In this document: positions 62,028 to 64,000 of the stretch, piece after piece
How the letters are laid out: every line of letters starts with the position of its first letter
Numbering within the stretch: the stretch's first letter is position 1
DNA from: Octopus sinensis
Taxonomy: Eukaryota
Assembly (NCBI RefSeq): GCF_006345805.1
Contig: NC_043025.1
Span: 12,648,001-12,712,000 of the forward strand
Direction of reading: 5' to 3'
Length of the DNA: 64,000 nt
The notes under the pieces: model-generated
What the model saw: the letters and a program-made list of their open reading frames with translations, nothing else
Told to the model about the DNA's origin: nothing
Database searches by the model: none
Position numbers and translations under genes: made by a program

Positions 62028-62645
62028 GTGCAGAGAGAAACCATAGAAAAATGTTTGAGGCCGATATGGCAACAAACTACATATATAACAAGGGGCAGTC
62101 GCTTCGGAACGGTAGAGGTGCGTTTCCCTAGCGAAGAAATAGCTAGGGAACATTCAACAAGAACGTTGAAGTCGGAAGAAGTAGTTCTTTTACCATTTTA
62201 TTTAGGAATGAGAACTAGCAGAATAACAGTTACGGACATTCCGCCTGAAATAGATGTGGACTTCATAACAGCAGCGATTCTCTTAGGCAAAAAGGAAGAA
62301 ATTGCCATTCTTCAGTCTAAAAGATATCGCCCCACGACCTGGTATGGACAAGACTTAGAACTTGTGATCCAAGCGAACCCCTCGGACTTGGAAAAATTGC
62401 CAAGCTCCCTCACCATTGGAGATAATACCAGCTTGATGGTAATAGTCGAGGGAAGAAAACCTAGGTGCTATAAATGTGGCGAGAAAGGCTACATAAGGTC
62501 GAGCTGCAAGAAGAAGACAGCCAAAGAAAATAGTGCAGAGGCAAGCACGACGCCGAAAACAAGAACTACACTGCTAGAAATAGCAGCTGCATCGCATGCA
62601 CAAAATACCAAAGAACAGCCAGCAGCGCAAGAAGGCAACAACTAG
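62028..62645 (+). mobile_element. LINE (Tx1-like) ORF1 fragment: RRM-like region plus degenerate zinc knuckle
   Basis: CYKCGEKGYIRSSC (C-x2-C-x4-H-x4-C with His replaced by Tyr), preceded by RITVTDIPPEI and VIVEGRKPR. Confidence 0.75.
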
Positions 62646-62699
62646 GAGTGGGTCACCGTGGGACCATCAAAGAGAAGACAGAAATGGAAAGACCCCACC

Positions 62700-62948
62700 C
62701 TCTTCGGATACATAAGACTATGCAATCGTTGCATGAAAAGTGGGCAAAAATTCCGCAAAAGACAATCACAAAGATCCTCAGTTCAATGCCAAAAAGAGTT
62801 TCTGAATTAAAAACTGCAAACGGAATGTCAACCAAATACTAAAGTACGTAGTCCTACCTATCGATTACATTGCAAATCTTTGCTTTGCGCATCAAACAAA
62901 CGAGTTTGAAAATTACAGGTGTGTATTTACCTCTTGCACACCTGTGTA
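62700..62948 (+). mobile_element. Tc1-like transposon 3' fragment
   Basis: WAKIPQKTITKILSSMPKRVSELKTANGMSTKY* followed by a TIR-like ...TTGCACACCTGTG-TA. Confidence 0.8.
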
Positions 62949-63399
62949 TATATATCTTCTATCTTTTACTTCTCCCTGTCATTAAACAGTGGCCACGCTG
63001 GGGCAACTCCTTGAAAAACAAATCGGCCCCAGTACTTATTTTTTTTGAAGCCTGGTACTTACTCCTTTTGCCGAACTGCTAAGTTACGGGGATGTAGACA
63101 ACCAACACTGGTTGTCAAGTAGTGGTGGTGGTCACAAAGACACACAAATATATACATATAATATAGACTGCAATCAGATGTGATCTCACAACTTCTGAAT
63201 ATAGCCCTGGGCTTTACTTTTAACCTTCTATCCTTACCATTAAGGACCTACTGACTCTCTGATGAAGCTTTCGAGTTCAATTTTTGTATATGTCAACTTT
63301 AGCACATTGGATACCCAAAGCAGAAACGGCTGTAAGACAAGAGTTGTATTTATCTATTCCCATGGTTGTAATGAATTGCCAGAGCAGCCAACTGGCTTC

Positions 63400-64000
63400 C
63401 GTGCCAGTGGCACGTAAAAGGGCACCATTCGAGCGAGGTCGTTACCAGAGTGGTCTTACTGGCACCTGTGCTGGTGGCACGTAAAAGGGCACCATCCGAG
63501 CGTGATCGTTACCAGAGTCGTCTTACTGGCACCTGTGCCAGTGGCACGTAAAAGGGCACCATTCGAGCGTGATCGTTACCAGAGTCGTCTTACTGGCACG
63601 TAAAAGGGCACCATTCGAGCGTGATCGTTACCAGAGTCGTCTTACTGGCACCTGTGCCAGTGGCACGTAAAAGGGCACCATTCGAGCGTGATCGTTACCA
63701 GAGTCGTCTTACTGGCACCTGTGCCAGTGGCACGTAAAAGGGCACCATTCGAGCGTGATCGTTACCAGAGTCGTCTTACTGGCACCTGTGCCAGTGGCAC
63801 GTAAAAGGGCACCATTCGAGCATGATCGTTACCAGAGTCGTCTTACTGGCACCTGTGCCAGTGGCACGTAAAAGGGCACCATTCGAGCGTGATCGTTACC
63901 AAAGTCGTCTTACTGGCACCTGTGCCAGTGGCACGTAAAAGGGCACCATTCGAGCGTGATCGTTACCAGAGTGGTCTTACTGGCACCTGTGCCAGTGGCA
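63400..64000 (-). repeat. 67-bp minisatellite inside a SINE family C copy (at least 9 units, runs off the window)
   Basis: GGCACGTAAAAGGGCACC at 63409, 63476, 63543, 63595 (after one 52-bp unit), 63662, 63729, 63796, 63863, 63930. Confidence 0.95.

Overview
AT-rich, repeat-dense eukaryotic genomic DNA. The CDICGKSF-type C2H2 arrays, the SINE families and the microsatellite load point to an octopod cephalopod (inference). No rRNA, true tRNA gene, CRISPR array or prokaryotic operon was found. Main content: (1) a small C2H2 zinc-finger cluster: an intact 15-finger ORF (1478-2833, +), an inverted gutted paralogue (9531-9687, -) and a damaged 7-finger paralogue (16324-16999, -). (2) A three-exon minus-strand gene that the ORF track does not join (33198-32811, 29441-29266 or 28270-28095, 23812-22607). 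It splices in frame to a 589-aa protein with a Cys/His-rich, GCM/WRKY-like putative zinc DNA-binding domain. Its middle exon is tandemly duplicated, apparently by MITE-MITE recombination, and the two copies cannot both be used in frame. (3) A segmental duplication (about 2.9-9.0 kb vs 18.0-26.1 kb) with reciprocal loss of the two convergent genes. (4) Two Merlin/IS1595-type DNA transposons: one complete with an open ORF, one with its transposase halves on opposite strands. (5) A 13-kb patchwork array of retroelement and exon-like fragments abutting a Helitron helicase relic. (6) Many SINEs, MITEs, Penelope/RTE/CR1/Tx1/HERO/mariner/Tc1 relics and mini/microsatellites. All family assignments come from motif recognition by eye, without database searches. 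Repeat boundaries are approximate.
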